This document shows, piece by piece, positions 30,605-40,815 of a stretch of DNA of 64,000 nucleotides. The stretch lies in the NCBI GenBank assembly GCA_016432425.1, contig CP066688.1, positions 446,211 through 510,210 on the forward strand, in the 5' to 3' direction. The position numbers were made by a program, and so were the translations under genes. This stretch comes from Candidatus Daviesbacteria bacterium (GTDB lineage: Bacteria > Patescibacteriota > Microgenomatia > Daviesbacterales > UBA10151). The notes beneath the pieces were generated by a model, which did not search any database, was not told where the DNA came from, and was given only the letters and a program-made list of their open reading frames with translations. Position 1 is the first letter of the stretch, and each line of letters starts with the position of its first letter.

Positions 30605-31714
30605 ATGGTGTCATCTAATAAACAAATAAATTTTTTCTACTCTAAGACAACAAGTAAAAATGTTCGGATTATTATAGGGATTGATTCAATATTTAACCTG
30701 GATAAATTTCTCAAAAATTTTTATGCAGATATGATTTTTATTATTTGTGATGATAATGTAGCTAATCTTTACGCGAAAAAGATTCAGAAGATAATTAAAA
30801 GATTGCCGGTGTATTTAGTGACTCATTCACCTAATGAAAAAAGCAAAAATCTCAAGACTGCTAAAAAAATCATGGATATAATCATAAAAGAAGGAGGTAG
30901 CGAAAATAGTATTATATGTTCATTGGGCGGAGGTGTTACTGGAAATATTGCAGGTTTTGTCTCTTCGGTTTTATTTAGAGGTCTTACATTAATTCATATA
31001 CCAACTACACTTCTGGCACAATTAGATAGTGCTCCAGATGTAAAGCAATCTCTCAATACGATTCTTATAAAAAACGGTATAGGTTCATATAAGGCACCGG
31101 ATTTAGTATTAATAGATCCTCAATTTATGATCTCATTATCGGAGCGTGATATTAGATCTGGTTATGCAGAAGCGATAAAACATGCTTTTGCTCAAGATTT
31201 AGATTTTATTAAATTTATAGCCAGTCTTTTTAAGAACAACGATTATATAAACCTAAATTATTTAGAGAAAGTTATTATTAAGACGATCTCTTTGAAGATA
31301 TATCACTGGAAGAATGTTCCGACTATGTGGAATGATATGGGTAAAGTTGAGAGACTCACTCATCTGGGTCATACCATAGGTAAAGTATTAGAAATAATTG
31401 ATTTGGGGTATCTTACTCACGGAGAAGCAATAGCGCATGGTATGGTCATAGAATTTTATATATCATTCAAGCTTGGATATCTAGATATAGCTAAAGTTAA
31501 AAAAGCTCAAGAAATTATGAATGATATGGGACTGTTATTTCCTCTAAGTAAAAAATATACTCAGAATAAGATTATGAAGTTACTATATTCATCATCTTCA
31601 GATAAAGAACCATTGGTTGCTCTTTTACAAGATTTTGGTAATCCCGATACAATCTCTTTGCATTTACCTAGAGCAATAACAAAGGAAGCATTAAAATGGT
31701 ATTTTTCATTATAA
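30605..31714 (+). CDS. sugar-phosphate cyclase (DHQS superfamily; 2-deoxy-scyllo-inosose synthase-like)
   Basis: LGGGVTGNIAGF, HIPTTLLAQLDS..VKQSLN, EAIKH, GHTIG, HGEAIA. Confidence 0.75.
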   Translation: MVSSNKQINFFYSKTTSKNVRIIIGIDSIFNLDKFLKNFYADMIFIICDDNVANLYAKKIQKIIKRLPVYLVTHSPNEKSKNLKTAKKIMDIIIKEGGSENSIICSLGGGVTGNIAGFVSSVLFRGLTLIHIPTTLLAQLDSAPDVKQSLNTILIKNGIGSYKAPDLVLIDPQFMISLSERDIRSGYAEAIKHAFAQDLDFIKFIASLFKNNDYINLNYLEKVIIKTISLKIYHWKNVPTMWNDMGKVERLTHLGHTIGKVLEIIDLGYLTHGEAIAHGMVIEFYISFKLGYLDIAKVKKAQEIMNDMGLLFPLSKKYTQNKIMKLLYSSSSDKEPLVALLQDFGNPDTISLHLPRAITKEALKWYFSL

Positions 31715-31780
31715 AAATATTTTTATAATGTATGGCTTCGGGCATGTTGTTAATCTAGAACCAAAATTAAAGGAGTTTTT

Positions 31781-31891
31781 ATGAAAGTTAGAGAGGGAAC
31801 ATTGAATGAAGAAGCTCTTAAATTTTTTAGTAAGATGGGATTCAATAAATTTGAATCAGATTATATAAGTTTGGAAAGAAAATTAGATTAA
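31781..31891 (+). pseudogene. internally deleted GNAT acetyltransferase remnant
   Basis: AGGAG RBS; MKVRE start joined directly to NEEALKFFSKMGF (GNAT motif B-like). Confidence 0.4.
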
Positions 31892-31896
31892 TAAAT

Positions 31897-32601
31897 TTAT
31901 TCATGTAGGCAGGTAGACCACTTATAGGTAGCTGAACCTGGGTAAAATTGGCAAATGGTTATAAAATCTTCCGAGCTTTGTTTAGCATTAATAATATAAG
32001 AAGCTCCAAATCTAGTTTCATCAGGTTGAGTCTTCATGGTATTGCATTCAACAATACCTGCTATATCAGGGGAACTACAATTCCAAGTTAATCCTGAAGG
32101 AAATTGGACATATTTAGCCACAACTGTAGCTACAGTAGAATTAGAGATAGAAGTAGTAGCTTTAGATATAGATAATGATAAATTCAAATTGAGAGGAACT
32201 TGTTTTTTAGAATCCCACTGGTTAGAGAAATTAACTGCTACTGATCCTACTTGCCATCTATAGCCGAATGAAGAAGGTAACTCTAAAATTTCACCATTCT
32301 GTTTAAAAACACCTTTTTTTAAGTTTAGCTGAGTTTGGTAGGGGGTAGTTAAATACTGGTTAACAAATATTTGCGAAATTTTGGTTACCCCGGTGGGGAT
32401 TTCTAAGGGAATGGTTTGAGAAATGGAATTTTGACTGGTTTGTCTATTAAGATTTAATTTTAAGATGCCTTGAGAATTAAGATAGTAGAGGATAGAGGCC
32501 AGGAGGATTAAAATTAAGACCAGCAGGAGAATTTTGGCCCAAATGGTCTGAAAAAAACTCCTTTTTAGTATTTGTACCTCTGGTTTGGGTATCTCATCCA
32601 T
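31897..32601 (-). CDS. single-pass membrane hypothetical protein
   Basis: N-terminal TM helix; C-terminal domain with 4 Cys. Confidence 0.7.
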   Translation of the reverse strand: MDEIPKPEVQILKRSFFQTIWAKILLLVLILILLASILYYLNSQGILKLNLNRQTSQNSISQTIPLEIPTGVTKISQIFVNQYLTTPYQTQLNLKKGVFKQNGEILELPSSFGYRWQVGSVAVNFSNQWDSKKQVPLNLNLSLSISKATTSISNSTVATVVAKYVQFPSGLTWNCSSPDIAGIVECNTMKTQPDETRFGASYIINAKQSSEDFITICQFYPGSATYKWSTCLHE

Positions 32602-32743
32602 AACCTAATCGTAGATTTTATAAAGTTTTGTGTCAACTTTAAAAATTTATATCTATTACTTCTTCTCTTTGTATAACTGGGCGTGAATTCCCAGTATCAC
32701 AAAAATAACATTCCGAAACAGTTTTGTTATGGTTGTATTTGAA

Positions 32744-33742
32744 TTATTTTTGGGGAATCTCAATAAATGGTTGATTTTCATTCCAGGAGGCCCAGGTTCC
32801 CTCTAATAGACCGGGGATAGGGGAAAGCACTAACTGAATGGCCGCTGTGTTATTAGGCAAACTTCTGCTTGACACAACCCAAAAAGTGATACTTTCACCC
32901 AATTTTAGGGTTTTGGGTAATCCAGCCTCTTTGTCTATATACAGCTCCGCAGTAGCCACATTTAATTCCCGGGTTAGATTACCGACTCTATTTTGCTGGA
33001 TAGCTAGAAAGTATCCATTTCTAAACTCTTGAGCTTGGGTGGGATTAAAAAAACGCACCACACTATTATTTAAGACCAATTGCAAATCACCACTTTGGCC
33101 GGTATTTTCTATTTTTACTCTGACCCGAAATTGATTAATTAAAGGTTCTAATTTGTCCACGGTAAAGGTAGCACCACATTCACTACATTTCTCATGATAC
33201 GATAATGGAGTTGTCTCTGTAGCCGGAACAGTTTTGGTTTCTGGATTTGACTTTGGGGAAGAACTTGAAAGAGGGGTAGGGCTAAGTGAATTAGCTATAA
33301 CTGGGGTGGTTAAGCTGGCCATGACATAGTATTTATTGTCGGGTGTTTTATTTAAACCTATTCCTACACCCAAGACTTTTGTTCCTTTACCCCAAAGCTG
33401 CTCTCCATCTCCACAAGGTTGGACAAATTCTATCCCACCAGACACAGGGGGGCCAATTAAATTGCCGGCTAGGTTTTCGGCAATAACAATCTCTTTAATC
33501 TGGCAGCCAGCCAAAATTTGACCGTAGGGAGATAAGTAGGTAGAGATTGTCTCATCAGTTCTGGCTTCCGGTAGTAAAAACTGGCTAGCCCGATTATCAT
33601 CATTTTGAATTAGGGCTTGGACAAAGTCGCTGGCAATATCTCTGGGAGAAACGGGCTGAGCACAAGCTAAGATGGATAAAGAAGCTGCGCTGAAAGCTTG
33701 TAAGAGAGCCTTTTTGTCAAAAGCAAAGCACCTTTCTCTCAT
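32744..33742 (-). CDS. putative lipoprotein
   Basis: Lipobox-like ILAC; two domains separated by a S/P/T linker. Confidence 0.6.
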   Translation of the reverse strand: MRERCFAFDKKALLQAFSAASLSILACAQPVSPRDIASDFVQALIQNDDNRASQFLLPEARTDETISTYLSPYGQILAGCQIKEIVIAENLAGNLIGPPVSGGIEFVQPCGDGEQLWGKGTKVLGVGIGLNKTPDNKYYVMASLTTPVIANSLSPTPLSSSSPKSNPETKTVPATETTPLSYHEKCSECGATFTVDKLEPLINQFRVRVKIENTGQSGDLQLVLNNSVVRFFNPTQAQEFRNGYFLAIQQNRVGNLTRELNVATAELYIDKEAGLPKTLKLGESITFWVVSSRSLPNNTAAIQLVLSPIPGLLEGTWASWNENQPFIEIPQK

Positions 33743-34263
33743 TTAAAATCCTTTTGGGTTAAAGCTAATTTTTCTCCCTCGGGATAATTTTTAATGATGG
33801 AAAAAACCAAAGAAGCCTGATAATAGGTCATTTTCTCTCCCGCGCTGCCAATTTTTTCTCCTTCCTCAACCGCTTTGGGGTTGGTATCTGCTATTTCACC
33901 CTGGACATAATACACTGCCCTTAGACCCCGCTCTTCATTATCCAAATAAATAGTGGTAATTTTTTCATTATTGTACTCTGCCGGCAGGGTAGAGGTAACT
34001 GTGCTCATTTGCCCATCAAATACAGCATAAAGAGGGTCGCCCTTTTTCACTGCTGCTCCTTTTTGGCAAAAGCTCTCAGTAGAGGGACATTTAAAAGGAC
34101 CTTGCTGTAGGACAATTGGTTTGGGTTCAGTTGGAGGCGGGGTAATAACTACCTCTCGCTGTGGCAGAGGCGGAAATAGGTTTATCCGGTAGCTTAAAAA
34201 AATACCTACTCCTAAAGCAATCAAAGCTGCTATTAAAACAGGGCGCTTGAAAAATGATGGCAT
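33739..34263 (-). CDS. membrane-anchored hypothetical protein (degenerate M23-like)
   Basis: TM helix; GDPLYAVFDG and VEEGEKIG strands without catalytic His. Confidence 0.55.
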   Translation of the reverse strand: MPSFFKRPVLIAALIALGVGIFLSYRINLFPPLPQREVVITPPPTEPKPIVLQQGPFKCPSTESFCQKGAAVKKGDPLYAVFDGQMSTVTSTLPAEYNNEKITTIYLDNEERGLRAVYYVQGEIADTNPKAVEEGEKIGSAGEKMTYYQASLVFSIIKNYPEGEKLALTQKDFK

Positions 34264-34316
34264 TAACTTAATTGTTAATGTTTAGCTGCTAATTGTCAAA
34301 TGTTTTTCTCAAAAAC

Positions 34317-34676
34317 TTAGGATTTGGATTCTATTTGCTGCTCTTTTTCTGACCACCAGAATTTTTGGTCTTCAGAAACCCATGCTGATTCCCGGATGAT
34401 AACTGCTCCGGCAAAATTTTGACAATCTGACAGCTGAGATACCCGCTGGATGAGATGCCCGGCAAACTTAGGGTAATAACAATAAATATGGTCCTGTGCT
34501 TCCGGGTTAAGGTAAGCTCCCAGGTAAACTCCATTCATATCAGAGCTGTGGTGCAAAATGGTGCCCAACCTAGTTCTAAGAAATGGATAATTTGACTCCG
34601 GAGCAGGATTAAAGAGCTGACTTACCAGCACTATCCAACCAGCCCAGAAAATTAATAACAAGACTAATTTTTTCAT
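34317..34676 (-). CDS. hypothetical secreted/membrane protein
   Basis: 119 aa with N-terminal hydrophobic segment. Confidence 0.55.
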   Translation of the reverse strand: MKKLVLLLIFWAGWIVLVSQLFNPAPESNYPFLRTRLGTILHHSSDMNGVYLGAYLNPEAQDHIYCYYPKFAGHLIQRVSQLSDCQNFAGAVIIRESAWVSEDQKFWWSEKEQQIESKS

Positions 34677-34742
34677 CAGTTTAACCTTGCTAAAAATACC
34701 TTAAATTGCACGGTTTGGCAAATTCAGGTACAATTTGAACCT

Positions 34743-35318
34743 ATGATAGACAAAAGAAAGCTGGTTTTAAATGCTAAACAGTTAAGGAAAGGTCTTCCGA
34801 CTACCGACTACGGACTACAGAAGTTACGCAAGTCTGTAGACCGAAGACGGAATGCAATTTATATTGTCCTGGACAATGTGTTGGATACCTATAATATTGG
34901 CTCCATTTTCAGGCTGGCTGATGCGGTGGCTGCTAAAAAGATTTACCTTTGTGGGGGGACAGAAACACCGCCCAATCACAGGATCAAAAAAGCCTCTATT
35001 AATACTACTGAGGTGGTGGAGTGGGAGTATTATGCTTCGGCAAGCGAAGCGATCTCGAAACTTAAATCTCAAAACTCGAATCTACAAGTTATAGCTATTG
35101 AACAAGTTGAGGAATCAGTCCAATATGACAAATTTGAGTACAAATTGCCCCTGGCTTTGGTAGTGGGGCATGAAACTTCGGGAGTTTCACCAGAAGTTTT
35201 GAAAATAGTGGATGGAGTGGTAGAACTACCCATGTTTGGCGTGAACAAATCCCTTAACGTGATGGTTTCTTTAGCGATAGTTTTATATGAAGTTATCGAA
35301 AGGACTATCTCTAAATAA
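34743..35318 (+). CDS. TrmH/SpoU family RNA methyltransferase
   Basis: VLDNV...NIGSIFR.ADA, VVGHETSGV, LPMFG..SLNV. Confidence 0.92.
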   Translation: MIDKRKLVLNAKQLRKGLPTTDYGLQKLRKSVDRRRNAIYIVLDNVLDTYNIGSIFRLADAVAAKKIYLCGGTETPPNHRIKKASINTTEVVEWEYYASASEAISKLKSQNSNLQVIAIEQVEESVQYDKFEYKLPLALVVGHETSGVSPEVLKIVDGVVELPMFGVNKSLNVMVSLAIVLYEVIERTISK

Positions 35319-35323
35319 CCTAT

Positions 35324-36334
35324 ATGGAAATTCTAATTTTGTATAACAGAGCGAGGGAGCTCAAAAAGGGTATACCTTCAGATTTGATCTGTGAGCAGGA
35401 AATGAAAATTATTGTTCCACTGGTAGCTGATCTATTACAAAATAAAGGCTACGGTGTTCAAACATTGAGGACAGAGTTTGGTTTGTGGGAGCAACTCAAA
35501 AAAAGAAGAAAGAGTGTTGATTTGGTTTTAAACCTTGCTGAGGGATTTGGAGGAGGTAATTCTGATGAACCCTTAGTTCCAGCAATGCTAGAAGCTCTAA
35601 ATGTACCATTTACAGGTGCATCTGCTCGTAATATGTATTTTACTCTTGATAAAGAGAAGACGAAGGTTTTTTTACATCAAGCAGGTATTCCTATTCCAAA
35701 ATGGCAATTGTTTAGAGATGAAACAACTGATTTATCACCTGATTTACAATTCCCACTTATAGTTAAACCAGTTAGAGAAGAAGCTAGTATAGGAATATAC
35801 GAAGATAGCGTAGTAACTACGGAGGTTGAGATGAAAAGAAAAGTTTCTCATACTCTTGCAAGGTATAAACAGCCTGCATTGGTAGAACAGTATATTGAAG
35901 GCAGAGAATTATCTGTTGGAATCATTGGTAACTATCCAGATCTGGATGTATTACCTCCACTAGAGTTTTTGTTTGAAGATGCAACGTCACCCCTGCAAGC
36001 ATTTAGATCTTATGAATACAAATGGGGAGGCAGGAAAGAACAAATGGTTCGAGCAAATATTACTCGAGGTTTACATGATCAATTAGTGGATTATGCTAGG
36101 GTCGCTTTTATAGAGACAGAATGTCAGGACTACGCACGAATGGATTACAGAATAGATAAAGAAGGCAATCCTTATTTATTAGAAGTTAATTATAATCCTG
36201 GTATTGGTCCAAATACTCATGGATTAAATAACACTTTAACTATGATGGCTTCTTTTAAAGGATTATCATTTGAAGATATGGTGGAAGATATTATTCTGTC
36301 TAGTGCTAAAAGATATGGTATAGCTACTTCATAA
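35324..36334 (+). CDS. D-Ala-D-Ala ligase-like ATP-grasp enzyme
   Basis: NLAEG, PFTG, DK..TK, FPLIVKP..EEASIGI, EQYIEGRE, RMDYR, LEVNYNPG. Confidence 0.85.
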   Translation: MEILILYNRARELKKGIPSDLICEQEMKIIVPLVADLLQNKGYGVQTLRTEFGLWEQLKKRRKSVDLVLNLAEGFGGGNSDEPLVPAMLEALNVPFTGASARNMYFTLDKEKTKVFLHQAGIPIPKWQLFRDETTDLSPDLQFPLIVKPVREEASIGIYEDSVVTTEVEMKRKVSHTLARYKQPALVEQYIEGRELSVGIIGNYPDLDVLPPLEFLFEDATSPLQAFRSYEYKWGGRKEQMVRANITRGLHDQLVDYARVAFIETECQDYARMDYRIDKEGNPYLLEVNYNPGIGPNTHGLNNTLTMMASFKGLSFEDMVEDIILSSAKRYGIATS

Positions 36335-37653
36335 TGGTCAAAACTATAATTATCGCTAATGTAGCAGAGGCATTTAGTAGATCAATAGCCAAGATTAGAA
36401 GCAGAAAAGAAAAAACTCTTAGATTAGCTATTGAACAATCATTATCCCAACGCAGTATGTTTTGGGGCGGGGATAATAAAGTAGTAATAACACCTTATTT
36501 TATACCAAAATTGTTATTCCATAGGAACTCAATATTTTGTAAATATAAAAATACTGTAAACGTAACTCCTGTCAATGAGAGCATCAATTTATGTGAAGCT
36601 ATTCTTAAAGATAAAAAACTGTATGATTGGCTGAAAGTAATAATAAAAAATAACCCAAAGGTCAACCTTTCTCCCTATAGCTTTACAAATTTTTTCCTAG
36701 AATTGACCCGGAAGCTCAAAGAAGATAATCTGATATTTAAAACTGATGCTATACCGGATAGTAATACTGATGTTGTTTCTTACCTTGATTCTAAATCTGG
36801 TTTCCGGCTTGAACTTCTAAAGCTGCAAAAACAGTTTCCTGAAATAAAAATTCCTTATGGTTTTATATGTAACAATCCAGAAGTGGCTTTAAGAATAGTC
36901 GAACAATTCTATAAGCTTAATGCTTCTTGTGTATTAAAAGCTAATTTAGGTGAGTCGGGGTGGGGATTATTAACAATAAAACCTGGGGTGTTTAAATCTC
37001 TTATAGAACTGAGCAATAGTATAAAGTCTACTATTATTAACGAATCTATTTGGCAGAATGACTCTATAATCATAGAAGAACTAATTTTGCACACGAGTTC
37101 ACCCTCTGTAGAGGTGTTAGTTACTGCAAAAGGTCCAAAAATCACATATATTTGTCAACAAATAATTGATGATAAAGGAACATTTTCTGGAATACTTTTA
37201 GGAAAAAACACTATTAAAACCTCGCTGATTAAAAAATTGATCCATATCTCTTCAATAATAGGAAAAAGATATTGGCAAATGGGTTATAGAGGTTATTTTG
37301 ATATCGATTTTGTCATCTCATATAACGGTACTGCTTTTGCAATAGAAACAAACATGAGAAGGACTGGTGGTACTCATGTCTATGATTTTGCTTGCAAAGT
37401 TTTAGGAAAAAATTGGTTTGAAAAAGCAGTTATTTTATCTAAAGATAATTTTATTTATGGAGATGAAATTATTGATGGAAAAGAGATTTTTAAAAGAGTA
37501 AGTAAAATGTTATTTACAAGTAAAATTGGGAAAGGGGTAGTAATTTCGTTTATTAGTAAATCTATCCCCTTATTAGGATATTTCATCATAGGGGATAGTT
37601 TAGTGGAGGCAAGTAATCTAAAGAGTAGATTTGAGAGTTTAGTTAAGCTATAA
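36334..37653 (+). CDS. ATP-grasp peptide-ligase-like protein
   Basis: LDSKSGFR, VLKA..GESGWG, SSPSVE, GYFDIDF, ETNMRRTGGTH. Confidence 0.7.
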   Translation: MVKTIIIANVAEAFSRSIAKIRSRKEKTLRLAIEQSLSQRSMFWGGDNKVVITPYFIPKLLFHRNSIFCKYKNTVNVTPVNESINLCEAILKDKKLYDWLKVIIKNNPKVNLSPYSFTNFFLELTRKLKEDNLIFKTDAIPDSNTDVVSYLDSKSGFRLELLKLQKQFPEIKIPYGFICNNPEVALRIVEQFYKLNASCVLKANLGESGWGLLTIKPGVFKSLIELSNSIKSTIINESIWQNDSIIIEELILHTSSPSVEVLVTAKGPKITYICQQIIDDKGTFSGILLGKNTIKTSLIKKLIHISSIIGKRYWQMGYRGYFDIDFVISYNGTAFAIETNMRRTGGTHVYDFACKVLGKNWFEKAVILSKDNFIYGDEIIDGKEIFKRVSKMLFTSKIGKGVVISFISKSIPLLGYFIIGDSLVEASNLKSRFESLVKL

Positions 37654-37665
37654 TTTATCCGTTTT

Positions 37666-38178
37666 ATGAAGAATACAAATTTATTGCCTGTTAAACCTTT
37701 TCAAGAAAGTTTAAATAAGGGTTATTGTGGACCAGCAAGCCTAAAAATGGTGCTTGATTATTATGGAGTTAATAAAACTGAAAAGGAGCTAGCTAAGCTT
37801 GCTAATACCACTACTGATTTAGGGACTAATGATCAATCACTAAAGAAAGCTGCAGAGATACTAGGTTTTAAGGTTGACATTAAAAACTATTCTTCTTTTG
37901 AAGATACAAAAAATTGGCTTGATAAAAAAGTTCCAGTAATCGTAGATTGGTTTACTAGAGGCAGAACGGATTATGATGAGTCAGAAGTAGCAGATGGGCA
38001 CTACTCAGTAGTAGTAGGATTAGATGAAGAATTTATCTATTTACAAGATCCAGAGATTGGAAAATTAAGAAAGATTAAGAAAGATGATTTTATGCGTGTA
38101 TGGTTTGATTTTACTGGTGAGTATATTAGCTCATGGCCAGAGATGATTATTAGACAGGTAATAGCCATTTACAGATAG
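37666..38178 (+). CDS. C39 family cysteine peptidase (stand-alone)
   Basis: Q...YCGPASLKMVL.YYG, GHYSVVVG, YLQDP catalytic C-H-D. Confidence 0.88.
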   Translation: MKNTNLLPVKPFQESLNKGYCGPASLKMVLDYYGVNKTEKELAKLANTTTDLGTNDQSLKKAAEILGFKVDIKNYSSFEDTKNWLDKKVPVIVDWFTRGRTDYDESEVADGHYSVVVGLDEEFIYLQDPEIGKLRKIKKDDFMRVWFDFTGEYISSWPEMIIRQVIAIYR

Positions 38179-38215
38179 TATTGTATAAGGTTATAGAAAA
38201 GACTATGCTGGATGT

Positions 38216-39004
38216 ATGACCAGCCTTTACAACTTGCTTGTCGATAGGTTGTCTCATCTGGATTTTACCAACCCCTTAAGTTTATTAGATTTAATAATTG
38301 CCATTTCTTTAATAGTAGGAACGCTCGTTTATTTAAGCCGTTTCTCGGTTTTTAGGGTGGTGTTGGGCACTTTATTCTTATTTGGTTGCGCAATTTTGTT
38401 TTTGTTGGGAGGGTTTTTACTAACCGGCTTACTTTTTGTCCTCGTTGCCAATCTAATTTTAATTAGTTTGCCGCTAATTTTTGCTCCTGAGGTGCGTCAT
38501 TATTTGGAAAAACTGGGCAGATTTCCTTTTTTGCATCTTCCTTCTGTGACCACTACCCAAAAAACCCAATATTTTGTCCGTAATTTAGTGGGGGCTGTTT
38601 ATGAGCTGGCTGAGAGAAAAACCGGGGCTTTGATAGTCTTGGCCAGGAAAGCCGGTTTAGGAGAGACAATTGAGACCGGAGTAATTATTGATGCCAAGTT
38701 TGGCTCCAAACTGCTCTCCACCATCTTTTTTAACAAAAGTCCGCTCCATGATGGGGCAGTAGTCATCAAAAACAGCCGTATTCTGGCGGCCAGTTGTCTG
38801 TTGCCCCTGCGGGGAGAAGTCAAGCTGGACCCGCCCTTTGGCACCAGGCATAAATCCGGTTTATCTTTGACCCAAGATACTGATGCGGTGGTAATTATCA
38901 TTTCTGAGCAGCGAGGAGAGGTGTCTTTGGCGGAGAACGGTAAGCTGGAAATTAACCTAGACAGGGGGACTTTGATCCAAAAATTAAATAAATTACTGGG
39001 CTAG
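38216..39004 (+). CDS. diadenylate cyclase (CdaA/DacA type)
   Basis: 3 TM helices, GALIV, SPLHDGAV, GTRH, SEQRG. Confidence 0.92.
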   Translation: MTSLYNLLVDRLSHLDFTNPLSLLDLIIAISLIVGTLVYLSRFSVFRVVLGTLFLFGCAILFLLGGFLLTGLLFVLVANLILISLPLIFAPEVRHYLEKLGRFPFLHLPSVTTTQKTQYFVRNLVGAVYELAERKTGALIVLARKAGLGETIETGVIIDAKFGSKLLSTIFFNKSPLHDGAVVIKNSRILAASCLLPLRGEVKLDPPFGTRHKSGLSLTQDTDAVVIIISEQRGEVSLAENGKLEINLDRGTLIQKLNKLLG

Positions 39005-39042
39005 TTTACATTCTTGCATTTAGGGGGTAAAATAACCTGCAA

Positions 39043-39603
39043 ATGGCAGAGCAGTTTAAGGATCAAGGTACCATTGCCGTTTTGTCCTCGGATCAACCAG
39101 CCCCAATTAAATCGGGGTCAGCAGTTAGTCTCAGTAACCAACTGGTGTCGGTTACCTCTCCGGGTACTCTTAGAAGAGTCCGCATCACCAAAGTAGAAGG
39201 CCTGCCGGATTTGCACCATGAGAGTGCTGATATTGAAGTAGCTAAAAAAGCAGCCGAGCTTTGTAAAATAGCCGGGATTAGAAGAAGTATTGTGGCCAGG
39301 CACCTCCATGAGGGCCATGGGTATGAGCTTTTGGAAGCAGAAGGAAATGTACCATTTCAAGCAGGAGAGGAAGGTTTGATAGAAGATATGAGAGTGGGAG
39401 AAAGCGGATTTGTCTCTTGGCAATGGGTAGAAGATCAACCGGCTAGAATGTTACCGGGCCGGGCCGAAGAGAAAGGTTTGGTAGTTTTGAGCCAAACTTT
39501 GGATGGGATACGAGAGCCATTAGAAAAGATTATTGACTTAACAGCAGTTTCTGTCAAAAAGCAGGTCATTTTAGATACTCTTCAACTCAAAAAGGCAGTT
39601 TAA
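39043..39603 (+). CDS. hypothetical protein
   Basis: 186 aa ORF with an upstream TTGCAT-N17-TAAAAT-like promoter. Confidence 0.55.
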   Translation: MAEQFKDQGTIAVLSSDQPAPIKSGSAVSLSNQLVSVTSPGTLRRVRITKVEGLPDLHHESADIEVAKKAAELCKIAGIRRSIVARHLHEGHGYELLEAEGNVPFQAGEEGLIEDMRVGESGFVSWQWVEDQPARMLPGRAEEKGLVVLSQTLDGIREPLEKIIDLTAVSVKKQVILDTLQLKKAV

Positions 39604-39613
39604 AAGATAGGCT

Positions 39614-39642
39614 TGACTTAAACTCTAATTTCCGTTAAAATT
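39614..39642 (+). promoter_or_regulatory. sigma70-type promoter for 16S rRNA
   Basis: TTGACT-N17-TAAAAT upstream of the 16S leader. Confidence 0.7.
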
Positions 39643-39927
39643 CTTGCGCACATTAACAACCGAAAAGTTTTTTAATAAACCACTTTTCGGGATTTAAATC
39701 CGCCAGTGGGCGGATTTTTTGTTTCGACTCATCCCAATGAATTGGGATTCGCTCAACACTATAGTCCTGAGTGAACGAAGTGAATCGAAGGATTAATACC
39801 AAAAAAGTGGTGGGTTCAATTTGACAAAGTTTTTGTCAATTCCAATAAAATGGATAACTTCTTTAGGATTTGAGAGTTTGCTCTTCGACGAAGTCGAAGC
39901 AAAATCGAAAAAATTCGAAGAATTTTT

Positions 39928-39968
<41 letters not shown>

Positions 39969-40815
39969 TTTAAATATGCAAGTCAAAGGGATCGCAAGAT
40001 AACTGGCGGACGGGTGAGTAATGTATAGGAATCTACCTTGAAGTGGGACATAGCTTCTCGAAAGAGGAGGTAATTTCCCATGTGAACGCAAGTTCAAAGT
40101 CGTAAGACGCTTTAAGATGAGCCTATATTCTATCAGCTTGTTGGTGGGGTAATGGCCTACCAAGGCGACGACGGATAGCTGGTCTGAGAGGATGGTCAGC
40201 CACAATGGCACTGAGATACGGGCCATACACCTACGGGTGGCGCAGTTGGGAATTGTTGACAATGGGCGAAAGCCTGATCACGCGACGCCGCGTGGAGGAT
40301 TGAAGGCCTTCGGGTTGTAAACTCCTTTTATGTGGGAAGATTATGACGGTACCACACGAATAAGCACCTGCTAACTACGTGCCAGAAGCCTCGGTAATAC
40401 GTAGGGTGCAAGCGTTATCCGGATTCATTGGGCGTAAAGAGTTGCGTAGGCGGCTCGGCGCATTCTGCTTGAAAGCCTCTGGCTCAACCAGAGATTTGGG
40501 CAGAAGATGGCCGAACTAGATGGTTTGGGAGGGTGCTGGAACCTGTAGTGTAGCAGTGAAATGCGTTGATATTACAGGGAACACCAAAGGCGTAGGCAGG
40601 CACCTAACAAACCCATGACGCTGAGGCACGACAGCTAGGGGAGCGAAGCAGATTAGAGACCTGCGTAGTCCTAGCCGTAAACGATGTCCGCTAGTTACCC
40701 CGCCTTTGGCGGGGCGACGACGCTAACGGAAAAACCTCACCAGGGTTTGACATGCAGATGCTAAGCCTATGAAAGTAGGCCTCCTTCGAGGGTTCTGCAC
40801 AGATGCTGCATGGCT

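Noticed and set aside
30605-31714. Canonical aroB
   Set aside because: Motif deviations and a glycosyltransferase context without other aro genes; gene symbol withheld
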